Assembly: GCA_021613535.1 (NCBI GenBank)
Contig: CP075495.1
Coordinates: 124,001-188,000 of the forward strand
From: Adineta vaga
Taxonomy: Eukaryota; Animalia; Rotifera
DNA length: 64,000 nt
Reading direction: 5' to 3'
A program made the translations under genes and the position numbers. This document shows positions 26,492 through 41,400 of the stretch, piece by piece. The notes beneath the pieces are model-generated. The model saw nothing but the letters and a program-made list of their open reading frames with translations, ran no database searches and had not been told where the DNA came from. Position 1 is the first letter of the stretch. The number at the start of each line of letters is the position of its first letter.

Positions 26492-28944
26492 ATGTCTATT
26501 AATGAAACTATATACCAACGTCTCGAATTAGCATTTCCAGAAGAAAATAAACGAACTCTCAAAGCCGCCACTATCATCATCAATGTTGGACATCTAATTC
26601 TAGCAAGTTATGTTTATCCATTACCACCTCCTTGCACGAACGAAGAACGACTCGACTTTATATGTTTCATTTTAAAAAAAGAAACTGGTATCGATTATTC
26701 CAGTAATGATGTACTTATTGCTCATAATATCTTGATGGGTAATGAAAATGTACAACAAGAATTGAATTTTGATTGTAGCATTGAGACAATAGAACATTAT
26801 TTGAACCAATACAAGCATTCTCAACCTCAATCTGCATTTGCAAGAAATTTTACTCCTCTTCTTCTGTTACTGCGTCGAACCATATGTAGTATATGTAATG
26901 CATAATTGAAAATAATTTTCCAATCATGTGGTCATGTCGTTTACTGTACAAAAGTTCAATCGTGTCTTCTTTATAAAACCGACTGTCATCCATGTCGTCG
27001 ATCGAATCGTATATCATCTATTTACTTGATAGATCAAAAGAAAACACTCGTCACTGCTAAATCACAACAATCTGATTTTATACATTTTTCTGGTTTAACT
27101 GTCTTTTCGAAAGAAATTCTCATTTCTTTTTCTTCGCAATTAATTGATGATTATGCCACTTTTGAAGGTTTTTCTTCTGCTACGATAAAAGTCTTCAATA
27201 GACTTCATCCCAAAAGGGAAGATAATGTTACAGCAGAGAATCTTGCTCAGAATTTAGAAGCTGTTTGGCTATATCATGAATTAACAAATTTTATATTAAT
27301 GACGAGTAAATCAACAGATATTCGTTTTCCATATGCTATGAGTGAAGGTCGAACAAGAATCAAAGGTCAACAATCATTTAGAGCAATATTTATTGAAAGA
27401 AACTTGAACTGGATTTACCACGTATTTACTACTTTCTGATCAAATCATGAAATTGTTTTTGGTACCTGTAAATGTGGCAATTGCTCGAAAGTTGTACTTA
27501 TTGATGGTCATGAAAAACCGTATGTTTTTTTCTAGAAACTAGTTTTCTTTTAACTTTGTTTAGAATCAAAGATGGAATCATAGAAAACTATGCTTTTGAA
27601 CGATCCATTTGTTTTCCATAGATTTAGATTTCATCACTTAGAATAAAATAATGACTTAGTTATTTAATCTTTGAAGAATGATTTACTAATTCATCATGAG
27701 CTTTTTATTTAGAATGTTTAAAAATACTCAATATTTCTCTTATTAAATAAAAAGAATGTTCTTTTACCTGATTTAGACTTCGTTTAGTGTGCAGATATGA
27801 TAATGTTACCAGTATTATTAATGCTGCCGAACTTGGACCAATAAACAAAGGTTGTCCATATATGCCAAGAAGAAGCAAATCGGATAATCAAGGATTGGAT
27901 GGTATGCGTTTAATTTAGTCATTTGATTTAATATCATTCATCATTCTTTTCATATGGATTGTTGAGTTGATGGAAAATAGTCTTGAGCTATTTTCAACTG
28001 TTTTAACGGTATGAAAATTGAAAGAGAAAACATTAAATTCCTACATGAACTTTTCACTTAAAAACAACTTCTATGAATATTTTTTATGTTTAGATCATGT
28101 ATATCATTATTGTGATTATCATCGAAACAAACATGCTGAAGAATTGTCAATGGAAACGAAAATGTCAGATAATGAATTACAAAAATATTTGAAATATCTC
28201 AAAAAAATTGATCGTAAGGAATCTCAATGTAATGTTGGCCGAAATGATATGAAAGAACGTTTTGAATCAAAGAAACGATCCATGGGTTTTATTGCTTCAT
28301 TCTTAAACTGTGGAATTATTATTGGCTTTTCCAATTCAGTTAATCATGAAGGACCTCGTAAAATCACCGATCATCTTTTGACAATGTTAAAACTTGGAGC
28401 AAAATTACCATCGTTATTGGTCTATGATGCTGCATGTCAATTACATAAATTCTGGAGGTATAGATTTGGTACCGAATACATGCAAGAAACTAAATATTCA
28501 CAACAATTAATGGATATGACATTAGTAACAGATCGATTTCATAATACAGTACACATAGGTAATTTATGCAAGACTTTATTTAATCCTGACTCCGAACAAA
28601 ACAAAGCAAAGTTTATTGGTATCGATACAAGTATTGCTGAACAAGCATTTTCGTATCTCACCAATTTTAAAAGATCTCTACGAAGTTTTTCTTATCCTAC
28701 AGCAGCATTGTTTACAATTGTACTATTTCATTTAAAAAACTGTGATACAATTAATCAAGAGCCTGCTCGCCAATGTCTTATTATTAATACTCATCTTGAA
28801 AATGTGATTCAGAATCAACAATCTTATCAAAGTTATTGTGCATTTGAAACACTAATGATGGAAGATGAAGTGAATGAATATAATTCTAAGGTTGATGATG
28901 AAAACATAGATACTATGAATACTGGAAACGTTGAAAAGAAATAA
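26492..28944 (+). pseudogene. CxC-KDZ transposase of element A
   Basis: Cys cluster ICSIC..CHPC; CSKVVLIDGHEK (~27480-27520); GCPYMP..YCDYH; LVYDAACQL, VTDRFHNTVH, CK..FNPD, TSIAEQAFSYL. In-frame stops at 26903 and 27437. Confidence 0.88.
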
Positions 28945-29774
28945 AATTGACAGCTATCATAGTGAAATTCATTTTTTTTAATTTTCTATCAATTTGTTTT
29001 CGAAACATAAAAGACAGATGTAAAAGTTATTTGTTATCTATTCACATATGAAAAACTATGTAACTGCATTTTGACTTAACATCACATAAGATATAAAAAC
29101 AAATGAGCTAATACTCGCTTAAAATCCTTCACAGCGTATCGATGGAGAATTTTGATACATTTCTATTTTGAATGTATTCATGTCTTAAATTAGAATAAAA
29201 AAAAGATTTCGACATGATATTCAAGGTATATTGAAATATAAGTGTAATTAAATATAAGATCTGATAACAAAATTCTCCTTAGCCTTTCCTTCGGATTTAA
29301 TTACTCGTATTGTAGAGTAATGAACTTTTGCAATATAGTACAAAAAAGATAGACATAAGAAAGATCTATTTCAACAATACCATGTGTTTATACGACATGT
29401 AAGATTACCACATAATTGTCTTTTTTTATAAATGCATTTACATATTTCTTGCTACAGATTTTTCCTCTATACTGTTAACATTTCGCTGACAGTTAATGGT
29501 AACATGATGTATATTCAGACCCTATTTTCCATATACACAACACACAAGAATTTCTTAAACCACATATCAATGAATGTTAGATATTTCCAGTTAGATGGTA
29601 ATTCTTAATTTAAAAGTTTGCGTAAAAGTATTAACTGATCCATCCACAATACCACCTATACCGCTATACCACAACAGTGATAATGCCATTTGATATTTAT
29701 TTTTTACAAATTCATTTGCTTTTACAGTAAATGATTTTGCTACAAAATCATATTCCCCATCATATGACTAATGA

Positions 29775-29903
29775 AGATAATATTGAACAAATCTTTAAAA
29801 TATTTTTACTTGGTTGTGTCAATGATAAGCCTGCAACGTCGCTTCTATTAAATCACGACGAATCAATTGGTTTTTTTGGTTGTTCATATTGTACTATCAA
29901 AGG
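29775..29903 (+). pseudogene. EnSpm/CACTA-type transposase, middle fragment
   Basis: FLLGCVNDKPATSLLLNH...GFFGCSYCTIKG (D.PA...G..GC..C motif), followed by donor gtaatt. The next intron holds the hAT element. Confidence 0.8.
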
Positions 29904-30479
29904 TAATTTTTAACATATAGTACAATAGTTTCACATGTTTTTGTTCGTTTATATCAGGGTGGCCAGATCTTCTGAAAAGTCAGGAAAGTTTCTGAAATTT
30001 AAGTCTCTTTCTGATTTTTTCCTGATTTTGTCATTTTTTCTGATTTTTCTGATCTGGGAACTTTCTTTATTTTCATAGTATCATAAATTGTTCCATTTTA
30101 CAGTCTCAAGAATGCATAATATGTGTAATCCTTTACTATAAAAGATGCGAATGCTGCGCCATATTTTGTCTTTATTAATTATTGGTAGTTTCTCGAATAC
30201 AGGATCATCTACCATCTACCAGCTAAAGTTTTCAATGAAAATATTTCGCATTCGTATTCATGTTTCTTCCATATCGGTCTATTTTGATGGTCTCTATTTT
30301 ACATTTACATATAGTTAAACATCAGCAAATCGGCGACGAAAGATATGACTGAAAATATTAATGTACAGGAACCAGCAGTGTCACATATCCCGCGGATCGG
30401 AGATGCGGGAGATGCCTTTAGAGATGCGAGAGATGCATCTCCCGTTATAGTCTCAGCTCAATAATAATAAGAGAATTTT

Positions 30480-31120
30480 ATCATTTCAAGGTCTAGAGGG
30501 GGGCGGGATCTGCATATCCCTAGGGAGATGGTGCATCTCCCTAAGGAGATGACCCATATCCCGCATCTCCATCTCCCGTCTCCAAATGATGATATTTCTT
30601 TATATCATTTTCAGGGTCTAGGGGTGGTGGGATATGCATATCCCTAGGGAGGTGATGCATCTCCCTAAGGAGATGACCCATATCCCGCATCTCCATCTCC
30701 CGTCGCCAAATGATGATATTTCTTTATATCATTTTCAGGGTCTAGGGGTGGTGGGATATGCATATCCCTAGGGAGGTGATGCATCTCCCTAAGGAGATGA
30801 CCCATATCCCGCATCTCCATCTCCCGTCGCCAAATGATGATATTTTTTTATATCATTTTCAGGGTCTAGGGGTGGTGGGATATGCATATCCCTAGGGAGG
30901 TGATGCATCTCCCTAAGGAGATGACCCATATCCCGCATCTCCATCTCCCGTCGCCAAATGATGATATTTCTTTATATCATTTTCAGGGTCTAGGGGTGGT
31001 GGGATACGCATATCCCCAGGGAGGTGATGCATCTCCCTAAGGAGATGACCCATATCCCGCATCTCCATCTCCCGTCTCCAAATGATGATATTTCTTTGTA
31101 TCATTTTCAGGGTCTAGGAG
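30480..31120 (+). repeat. 124-bp tandem array (~5 copies), left subterminal repeat of element B
   Basis: The tatatcattt register recurs at 30601, 30725, 30849, 30973 and 31097. Confidence 0.95.
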
Positions 31121-31561
31121 TCGCGGAAGATGACGCGTATGAGTTCATGATGATTATCTGATAAATGAGGAAAGTACGAAATAGTAAAGTGAAATAAGCA
31201 ACATCATATTTTTCGTAATTAAGAAGGCTTGAAATCAGTGATTTCTATTATTTTATGTGTAACAATGAGCTGTTATTTGTATTTCATGAAGCTTTCTGAA
31301 GTTTTCAAGAGAAATAATAAGAATGTAATGTCTGGTTCAAATAAACCTCGAATACATGAAATTTTATTGCTTATTTGTTTGATTTGAAATTCGTAGATGA
31401 TACATTTTTATTCATCGTCAGTCCATTCATTTGAATTGTCCTCTTGATTGTCATTTTGCAATGATAGAAAATCACAACGACAGACAATACCATCTACTTC
31501 CATTGTGTTGGTGTCTAACTCATCGTGTTCGATGTCAATTTGAAAACTCTAAACAGAAATG

Positions 31562-33774
31562 TTAAAATGAGGAACAATTACAGTGGAACGTTACCATATT
31601 GAGGTCATATTTGAGTTTTAATTGACGGCAGTTATGATAGTGTGACAAGATCAAAAGTAGAAGTTTGTGTCGTACGTATGTTGTATTATTCAGTATTGGA
31701 GCTAAATATTTCAAATCTTTATTTATTTCTTCGCAGGCTTGCGTATTAATCCCAGACATATCTTCATAAGAATCAGGATTCAATTCTTTGTGGCACCGTC
31801 GCTGAAAGTGAAAAAATACTCATCAATGAAAGAAATATATTACTGAATGATCAACAAAACAAGATACAACTGATGTATCTTCATATCATAGGAATTGATT
31901 CAAGCGGAAAAGCTGAACATATATGCATGAAAAATTTTCAAAAGCGATCAAATATTAATTACCCTTTTATGATTGACCAAGTGGAAACGGTCAATCAAAT
32001 ATCGAGCATTGGCCACAATCATAGTTGCTGTTGATTGTTTCATTGAACCTTTAGCCCATTGATTGCGGACATACTGCTCCAGAAGACATCCTAAAATTCT
32101 CATGATACAAACAGCGTTGAGATCAGAACACCTTGAAAAATGTACTTTACCGGCATCATAAACTATTGTACGTGGAAGTTTTTCGTTACATTTATAAACA
32201 CGTGTTAAAATATCAATCACTTCTTTTTTGCTTTCTGTTCGAAGAAGTTCTTGAAAAGCAACAATAACATTTTTGTCTGTTGCCACAATCAATACACCTA
32301 ATGCTCGTTCTCTTAAATCAACTGATAAAATATCATCCTTTCTTACATTACACGACAACTAAGAAATCAAAACATGCAAGATAAAACGAAAGTTTATTTC
32401 ATGTGTCATATACTGACTTGTTGTAATGTTTTAAGAATCTTATTTCTTTGATGATCTCGATCAAGTCTTCTTTGCCTAGCCTTTGAAACCTTTGATATAG
32501 TTTTCGAAACATCTATAAACATAGGTTTACATTCGTCGCAATAAATACTTTTAAATGCAGCTACATATCAAACATGAATTAAACGAAATACAAATAAAAA
32601 ACAGGTTATCACACGAGTATTTGGACAACTAGATTCAATTGAACCAAATGCTAAGCTATGTTGAGAAACAGACTTGTTCGAACAAATTGCTCGTCGAAGT
32701 TTCCACGTACCATCGACAATTAAACATTTTGTGTTGGAAAAAACCATTTTGGACCAAAAACGTGTGAATTCATCATAAGAATTTTGGATAATTATTTTAA
32801 ATTGTTTATCAAACGATTTATTATCAAGTCCTCGAGAAAATCGAGGTGTAAAAACATATTGCTTTCCAATGAACAAGGAAAACTTAACCCATTCATATAC
32901 TAAAAAGTCGATTTCGAACTTTCGACGATCTAATTGACCATCACATTGATCACCTGGCATTAGATTATTCACCTTTGAAAAACCAAAAAACGATGTTCTT
33001 GATACGCTGAAAACAATTAAATGAGAATTATACCATATTATGAATTGAATGAATAAATATATTTACCTCAATAATAAACCAAATTGATTTAAAAGACTTT
33101 TTTCATATGCTGATTCACCACCATAATAATAATATAATGAATTGCTAAATGATTCCATATCACTGATACACACCTCATCGGTTCGATAGAAATTAGGGAA
33201 AACATCAATGATGCATTTTCCAGAATTACATCGATATGAAAGTACCGTTCCTTTTTTTGATGTTCCATTGTGTAGAAATACATTGATCTTTTTCCATTTC
33301 ATATTCGGAAGTTCAAAACGTCTATTGCAACTATAAATGAAATTAAATCAAACACCAATGAATTTTATTTTTCAACACAACCATATTTTACTTTGGACAG
33401 GTATCACGATAAGGTGACAGCAATATACATGAACACAGTTCGGAATATTTGTTTTCGTATGATTTGTGAAGGGAATACGAAGATAGGAGTAATTCAATAT
33501 TCACTTGATGGAAAAATTTAAAACAACCAATGTCCTGATTTTTTGAAGATGTTATAAATAATATGTTCTGAAGCGTCGATGGTGCTACAGTAATACCAAT
33601 GGATTGTTTTAGCATTGTCGCAATATGATGATATTTAAATGGTACACATTCCTGAATTTTAGCATCTAGTTCATGAGCTAAAGATAGACCTTCGAGAGAT
33701 ATTTCTTTGGTTATTTCATAAAACACTTCAGATATGTTGTCTTCTATAGCAGACTTTGTTGTAATTGGTAGCAT
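31562..33774 (-). CDS. CxC-KDZ transposase of element B (multi-exon; intactness uncertain; a further acidic exon may extend to ~31376)
   Basis: PYRDTCPK..SYRC..FPNFY; CLIVDGTWKL; SCNVRK; ESKKEV; IVYDAG|CLL; LIDRFHLVNH; CHKELNPD; INTQACEEIN. Confidence 0.85.
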
Positions 33775-36700
33775 GATCCTTTTAGAAAAGAAAATCTACA
33801 AATGAATTAATTAATAGATACTCTTTAATAGTGGGACACAATAAATCAAGCTGATTCATACAATTTATTTTCAGTTTATTTCCTTGTTATTCCTTATGAT
33901 ACAATATACAATATACAACAGGAAATATTATTAATAACCCTTTGTTTCAGAAAAGGGAGTAAGAGTAAAAGAATTTTACTATATTTATACATGTACAGAT
34001 GAGAAATTGAATTCATAATAAACAAATTACTGATACATTGTTTTCCAAAAAAAGAACACTAAATGACCTTATGTAATATGATAAGAGATGAACATCGTGT
34101 AATAAATAAAAATTAAGTACAAGGAATAATATATGAATATAAAATCATTATTTTTACAAAGTTTAATAACTAAAATTCATTTTTTACGTCTGTTTGAACT
34201 ACGTAATGTTCGTTTTGATACAACTTTACGTTTTAACGATGATTTTGATCCTTGTTCTCGAACAGATGCAACTTGAACTATTTCTTTTTCTACTATTGAT
34301 GATTCTGATGATGAACGTGAAAATGATGCAACAGGTGCAGCTATTGTTTCAGATGATATTGATTGATGGCGTTCTACCCGAGTAGTAGAAGTTGCTTTGT
34401 CGTATGGTCTTTGTTCAGTACCTACTGTTGATAATCGTGGTACATTATTATTAACGATAATCGACGAATGTGATGGTGGTGAAGTTGTCGTCAATGATGT
34501 TGAGATAGAATTTAATAGATCGTTAGATTCTAAATATATAAATGAATATCGTGTACAGGGTACGCCTCTAAATATGATATTCTTCAAATGAAAGAACATT
34601 TACATACCTGATGTTAATGCATTACGATCAACATTCAACGGTGGAAATATGGGTGGTATATGAATTATTGTTGATGGTGGACCTGTTGGCGATAGTTGAA
34701 TTATTGTTGATGGTGGACCTGTTGGTGATAATTGAATTATTGTTGATAGAACTGTTGATGGTAACTGAGTTGTTGTTGATGGAACTGTTGGTGCTGCTTT
34801 TGTTTTTGCTGGCAAATATTTAATTTCGAAATTGTATCTAAGTTAAAGTTAGTAATTTATTATTGAGGTAAAACATATCTGGTCGAACAGAATAGGTGTA
34901 TACAGATGTAATGTACGACGGATTCTGTCTTTCTTACAATGTTATATATATTTTGAATGCTATTTATGAGACTTCATCTATCTAACCAAAGCAATTCAAT
35001 TTCAATATATTCTTTTCAACTGAAACAGATTACATTAAAAAATGTCAATCAACATACTGATCATACGGTTTGTTCATCAATACGTGCAATACTTCATTTG
35101 AACAATGATTTCGATCAGGTAACCATATGGTGTTAAATGTTGAAATATATGTTGGATATTGAACATCAAGAGAATCCAATACTTTGGAAAAATCCAACAC
35201 CGTTTTCTGAGTATTATTTTTTGGTAATACTTTCATATAGCAAGCAAATGGTTTACCATCCGCAGATATCATTCCATCTTTATAGATATTTAAAAGTTTC
35301 ACATCATGTAAATATACCACTGCTTGATCAAAATATTTCAAATTTTTTTTCAACTGACTTTCTTTGTGAGTCTAAATAAAGAATTATAACCTGCTCATAA
35401 GAATATTTAAAAAAAGTATCTTACCGAACTTCTCGTAAACAAAATTGAATCAATCATCATCAAATTTTTACAGTACGTCCTAAACTCTTTATTATTATAG
35501 ATTGTTAGTGGTGGTGTATTAGGACGTTGTTGTTGTTGATCAGCAACTTCTTGTGTTGATGGAATGGGTTGCATACCAAATGCTGCCATAGACGTTGCTA
35601 GTGGACCAACAGGAACTTCTTCGATAGGTGAACTTAATGCAATATTAATTGACGTTAAATTCATATATTTCAAAATCATAATAAGCGTAGCTTTATGTGA
35701 ACTTTGAATAGTTTCTTCTGAAAAGAAAAGAACTTAAAGGTGTTATTATGCTACCCAAAATCGCATAATACCATTGATTAATAACGTGTCTGGAATATTT
35801 TTTCCATCAACAAATTGTTTTACATTTTTATATAGATCAATTGTCATTCGATCATAGCTGTTAAATGAAGCTGATTGATTCTATTAAATATACATATAAT
35901 GTTTAAATCATTTGATCTTTCATGTAAGACTTTATCAATTAGAATCAACACAATTCAAAGAAAACATAAAACAACTAGATTTGTTACTCACCAATACAAA
36001 TTCATGTGCTAATTCATAAGCAATCTTCATTATAGCCAAATATGCACACATTCGAAGTGAATATTCTCGTGATTTGCGAAATCGAACACTTAACCATGGA
36101 TCAAATCGTTCAAATCGTAATGCTATAACAAATATGAATTTCACACAACTGTGTATGTCTAATAAATTTAGAGAACGTACAACGAGCTGTTAGTTCATCA
36201 GTAAACTGTTTTTGACGGTATTGTGCTTCTTGATCAAAGATAAATTTCTTACCATTGATCATATGGACAAATAATAGAAGAAACTTAACACGAATTGAAT
36301 GTTGAGGCAATACTTGTAATCGATTAGCAACTAATGAACCAAATGAACGCAGAGACACGAAGTCAAATCTTTCAATCATAGCGTCAGCTATCATGGGATT
36401 GTTTAATTTTTTTCGGATGATTTCCATCAAGATAGACTAAACAGACAAAATGCAGAGGTTAATATAGAAATGTTTTATGTAAAAAAATCAAATGCTATTC
36501 AAATCTCATTCAATTCGCATGGAAAAATCAATCAGTTTCACTTGTCAAGCAAACACTACTCATCTATCTCATGCTCCCACAACATATTGTTTAATATCGT
36601 ATTGTTTAGCTACTTTTCAACGATTAATGTTGCTGGATCTAACAAAGCAAATCAAAAACGTTTTGTATGTGTACTTCAAGAGAAACTGATCAAATTTTCT

Positions 36701-36955
36701 TAATGAAAGAGGAGGACGTGGCAAATCTCAAATTGTAACCAGTTTTGAATAAATTTCTGCGCAGATTTCTGATTTTTAATCAGAAATTTACTCAAGCGCT
36801 CTTACAAAAAGCCACCAAGATCTATCAATGATCGATTATCTCTAGCGAGAAGCATGAGAGAACTCGTTGATTAATACTAAGACTATGCAATACATATTTT
36901 CTCACCTAAATACAAGCCTAAAGAGAGAGAACAGATAATATATCAAGTTTGATTT

Positions 36956-37645
36956 AAATTTTCAATTCTTTGTAAAATAATGATCATGAACTATATTATC
37001 AGTCGTCCACTACTATTAATAAACATAAGAAATCTAGAAATCAGAAATCTAGTATGGTCTAAAATTTTGAATTCTTCTTTGTAAAATAATGATCATGAAC
37101 TATATTATCAGTCGTCCACTACTATTAATAAACATAAGAGATCTAGAAATCAGAAATCTAGTATGGTCTAAAATTTTCAATTCTTCTTTGTAAAATAATG
37201 ATCATGAACTATATTATCAGTCGTCCACTACTATTAATAAACATAAGAGATCTAGAAATCAGAAATCTAGTATGGTCTAAAATTTTGAATTCTTCTTTGT
37301 AAAATAATGATCATGAACTATATTATCAGTCGTCCACTACTATTAATAAACATAAGAGATCTAGAAATCAGAAATCTAGTATGGTCTAAAATTTTGAATT
37401 CTTCTTTGTAAAATAATGATCATGAACTATATTATCAGTCGTCCACTACTATTAATAAACATAAGAGATCTAGAAATCAGAAATCTAGTATGGTCTAAAA
37501 TTTTCAATTCTTCTTTGTAAAATAATGATCATGAACTATATTATCAGTCGTCCACTACTATTAATAAACATAAGAAATCTAGAAATCAGAAATCTAGTAT
37601 GGTCTAAAATTTTGAATTCTTCTTTGTAAAATAATGATCATGAAT
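36956..37645 (+). repeat. 109-bp tandem array (~6.3 near-identical copies) in the left arm of element C
   Basis: gatcatgaa at 36982, 37091, 37200, 37309, 37418, 37527 and 37636. Confidence 0.97.
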
Positions 37646-38437
37646 CCTTACCAGTCGTCAAATAATATCAGTTTATTATAGAAAATATCGAGAAAAGGTA
37701 AGAAAGAATTCTTGCATGAATTAAATGGTCATTAGAGGGATCTTGTAGTCTGAATAATTGCAATTTATGGTAGAATTGTGTCATATCTTGAGAAATTTGA
37801 TATGTGCATTATGACCAAAAACATAAATAAAAGAATTTAGAAAATAATTTTTTATTGAGATTTATACAGCAATATACAAAACGAGATGGTATGGAAACAT
37901 CTTATACATATATCTAGATCGAATGACATAATGCATTCGATTCTTTTTCCAGGCATATAGTGCTGACGAATACATTCTTTATACATATGACTTTATCTGT
38001 TGCGTTCTTCTTATAAGCTATATATGATAACGTTAACAAATTTTCTTTTTCTTTCTGTAATCATATGGTATACCATATGGTGTATCATATGGTATGTCAT
38101 ATGATATCATATGTTTTCAGCTGAAATGAATTTTTCTTTCTTGTGAACTAGGTGTCGGTATTCGTTTGTGTATATTCGTATGATATCATCATCAAAGATG
38201 ATTTCTCTATTTGAATACTTGCCCATTAAAATGACTTGATTTCTTTGTATATATAATCTATTTAAACTGTTAATTTACTAAAAAAATATCATCTTTTTGT
38301 AAAACGATATCGTTCACTGCAAATTCAATTTTTTCCTTTATATTTTACACGGTTTTGTTAATAAACAGTCGAAAGAAATCGAGGTAATATTTTTTTTTAA
38401 TTCTTGGTACGATTGATTATTTGATCTTAGTAGTAGC

Positions 38438-41400
38438 ATGTCTAAGCGTTCATCAGTTATGGATGACAAAATTTTGTCGGAAATGTTATTGCGCAATATC
38501 AATGTGGCAACATCAATGAACATGAAAATGAGTGAAATTTTAAACGAACAACAAATGCTTTTGCTCGATACCTATAAGGAAACATACAATTACGATCCAT
38601 CTCTCTCGTTTTTTCTATCATTGGGAATGATTTCGCATTTCTCCCAATGTTCATACTATACACATTTCTCTAGTCCAGATCATCATCCCGTTCAACTATA
38701 CATGTGGTTGCTTGGTGCAAGCGGTAAGTTTAGCCAATATTTGACGAAGAATCATCACTAATATCAGAATCTAACTCTGAATGATAGAGCTCTGAAGAAT
38801 AAGATCTTTTCCATTTTGTATTCATATTCTACATGAATTAATAAGACATATTAAACAGAATAATTCAAAGAATATATATTGTATTGATATTTCATTTTCT
38901 TTCATCGATTTTTTTTCTTGAATTCTTTTTATGTTAAAGGTAGTGGTAAAACTCATGCTTTTCGCCAAGTTGAGAAAGCTATTCTAAAGACAGAAAAACA
39001 ATTTCCATCCACTTATTTGAAACCCGTAATGATAAACGGGAATTTGACAGAAGCAGGTTTGTCATCTGTAGTTACACATACAAATCATATCGGTTTACGA
39101 AACCATTTGTCATCGAACCATAAAATCTTTCTCAATGATGATGCTGACGTTTTTGCTGAAAATTATGGTTTATATAATGCCATTGATAGCTTGAAAGAAC
39201 ATGAAAGAAATTTAATTTTATGTGGATATGATGGGTAAATAAATGTATTTGAAGAAATATATCACATAACTAGATTATTTTGAAAGATTCTTAAATTCAA
39301 TTCGAACAACTGGGACGACTATCATTAACATTGGTGACAAGCGATTGACAATTCTTATTGCCGCTACAGGTGGAAAATTGATGAAAAATATGAGGAATTG
39401 GTGTAATTTCGCAGGTTTTGATGGAACCCATAATAGATTCATATATATGGCCATCCCAAAAGTGGCTTGTTCGAGACCACAGAAGTAAATGTTCTATAGA
39501 TAATTAGATGTATTATGAATCAGAATATTTATTTCTAGCTTTCACAAAAGAGTATATTCTAAAAATAATCCATCATTCAATCATTTATGTATTATTGTTC
39601 ATTTATTTGGAACAGTTCGATATGCATTTCAGATGAGCGAACATGAACGAACAGATATTTATGACGGTATGGATGAGTAACACATTGAGTAAACTATAAT
39701 GTTTCCATTCTGTGATACATTTGTAGCCACATTTAATCAACCATCGAATTTAGCAGCTGATGATGAACAGTCTCAATCACCAAACGATTTTTCAGCTATG
39801 TATACAGTATGGAATTTGATAGCAGATTTAATTGAAACAAATGATCAAAAACACGATCAACAGAGACAGATCAATGATTTTTATGGGAAACTTAAAAGCA
39901 CGTTTCCACGCATTGCTTGCTTGATGCAACTTTATTTTAATGCAATGGAAATTTTGAATGAAGTACGTGAAATTGTATTATATGCTGAGGGAGATAATAA
40001 TGATTTAATTATAAATGAGAGTTTTATTACGAATGTACAACATTTGATTAAAAGTAAATATTATGTTTATGATATGACGTATTTACCACGTGATACTATT
40101 GATCAAACAACAATAGAGCCGATGATAATCGTGCAAAAAGATGCTGTTTTAGCTGCCTGGAAGTGGTATGAGCATCATCTCGATGTCGTTACAACTTTAT
40201 TTACAATTGATTACTCTTTTTCCGCGAAACCTGTGACATCACATTCATCAAGTTTATCTTCACAGAAAACTTTAAAACAAATGATTATGCTTCTCGATTT
40301 CAACATTTTCCCCGTATCAGCACTAACTGATAAACATCCTGTTTCTGGACAAACGTGCGTACATAGATTTCAGTAACCTTTCAATTAAATTTTTATGCTA
40401 TATTTCTCATTTTTAGTGGTATCCTTAAAAACAAGCCGGCATTAGGTCAAGAAGCTATACGAGAGTTAATTAGTGATGGCTTGTTGAAGTTTAATTATTT
40501 CTTAGTTGATTCTCGAGGAAGGAATGTCAAGTCTTATTTGAAGGTACCAATAACAACAATACATGATCCATCTCAAGAGTTGTTGAAACAAAAATTAAGT
40601 AAACATAATATAAGCATAGATGAGTATTGTTCTGCTTATGATACATCTACAATTCCACCAAACAACAAACTTTCAACATTATCTGTATCAATATTTAAAT
40701 ATAGTTCATGTTTTTTATCATATTACCAATTATGCAAGGATCAGTTAGAAACAGTAATTCAAGAACATATTCAAAATGGTAACGTAAAGGAAGTTCAAAC
40801 TGGATGTTTTGTTATCGCGAATGAAAGTGTATTTTCGTGTAATTATGATAATATCGAAAATTTATCCTCAGTCAATCGGCAACGAAAACAGTTATGCGAT
40901 AAATCGAAATCAGTAAATATTGCAAGATCGACAACTGATTCTTCAATTCAATTTGAAAAAGCAACAACGTCAAGAATCAATGTTTTGCATGATGCCATCG
41001 AACAAGAATATGAAATACAGAATGAGAACTTATTAGAAGAAACTACCTTTGAACGGCATGTTGATGTGATTTCTAGTAATAGTTTTCCCACTAAACGATT
41101 ATTATCATTCTTATCTTCCATTTAGAAAAATTCGCACTTGAGAATTCTCAAACGTCAAATGATCTTGATAATTCTTTGATATCTATGTACGACTGTCAGA
41201 TTGAAGGTGAAGTATTGAATGAGAGTACCAATGAAACAAATTCATCATCATCAGTATCACATGTAAATAAAAAAGGTGTGAATAATTTCTTGCTTTCTTT
41301 TACATGAATTCATTTTTTGAATGATGATTTAGTGAACAATATAAATAGTGAATATACAGAACAAGCAGTGAAGAAAGTAATGAGTAACATCGTATGCGGA

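Larger units (their letters stand above)
17055..29766 (+). mobile_element. Element A: ATPase + KDZ transposase DNA transposon (12.7 kb including a 1.57-kb insert)
   Basis: TSD attaatga (17047-17054) / actaatga (29767-29774). Ends gagttc... and ...catatg. 25-bp TIR core 17061-17085 / 29736-29760 with 2 mismatches; second IR 17255-17276 / 29651-29672. Removing the element restores the host CACTA frame. Confidence 0.88.

Noticed and set aside
36956-37645. 109-bp and 124-bp arrays as CRISPR arrays
   Set aside because: Units are identical along their whole length with no unique spacers, there are no cas genes, and the context is eukaryotic.
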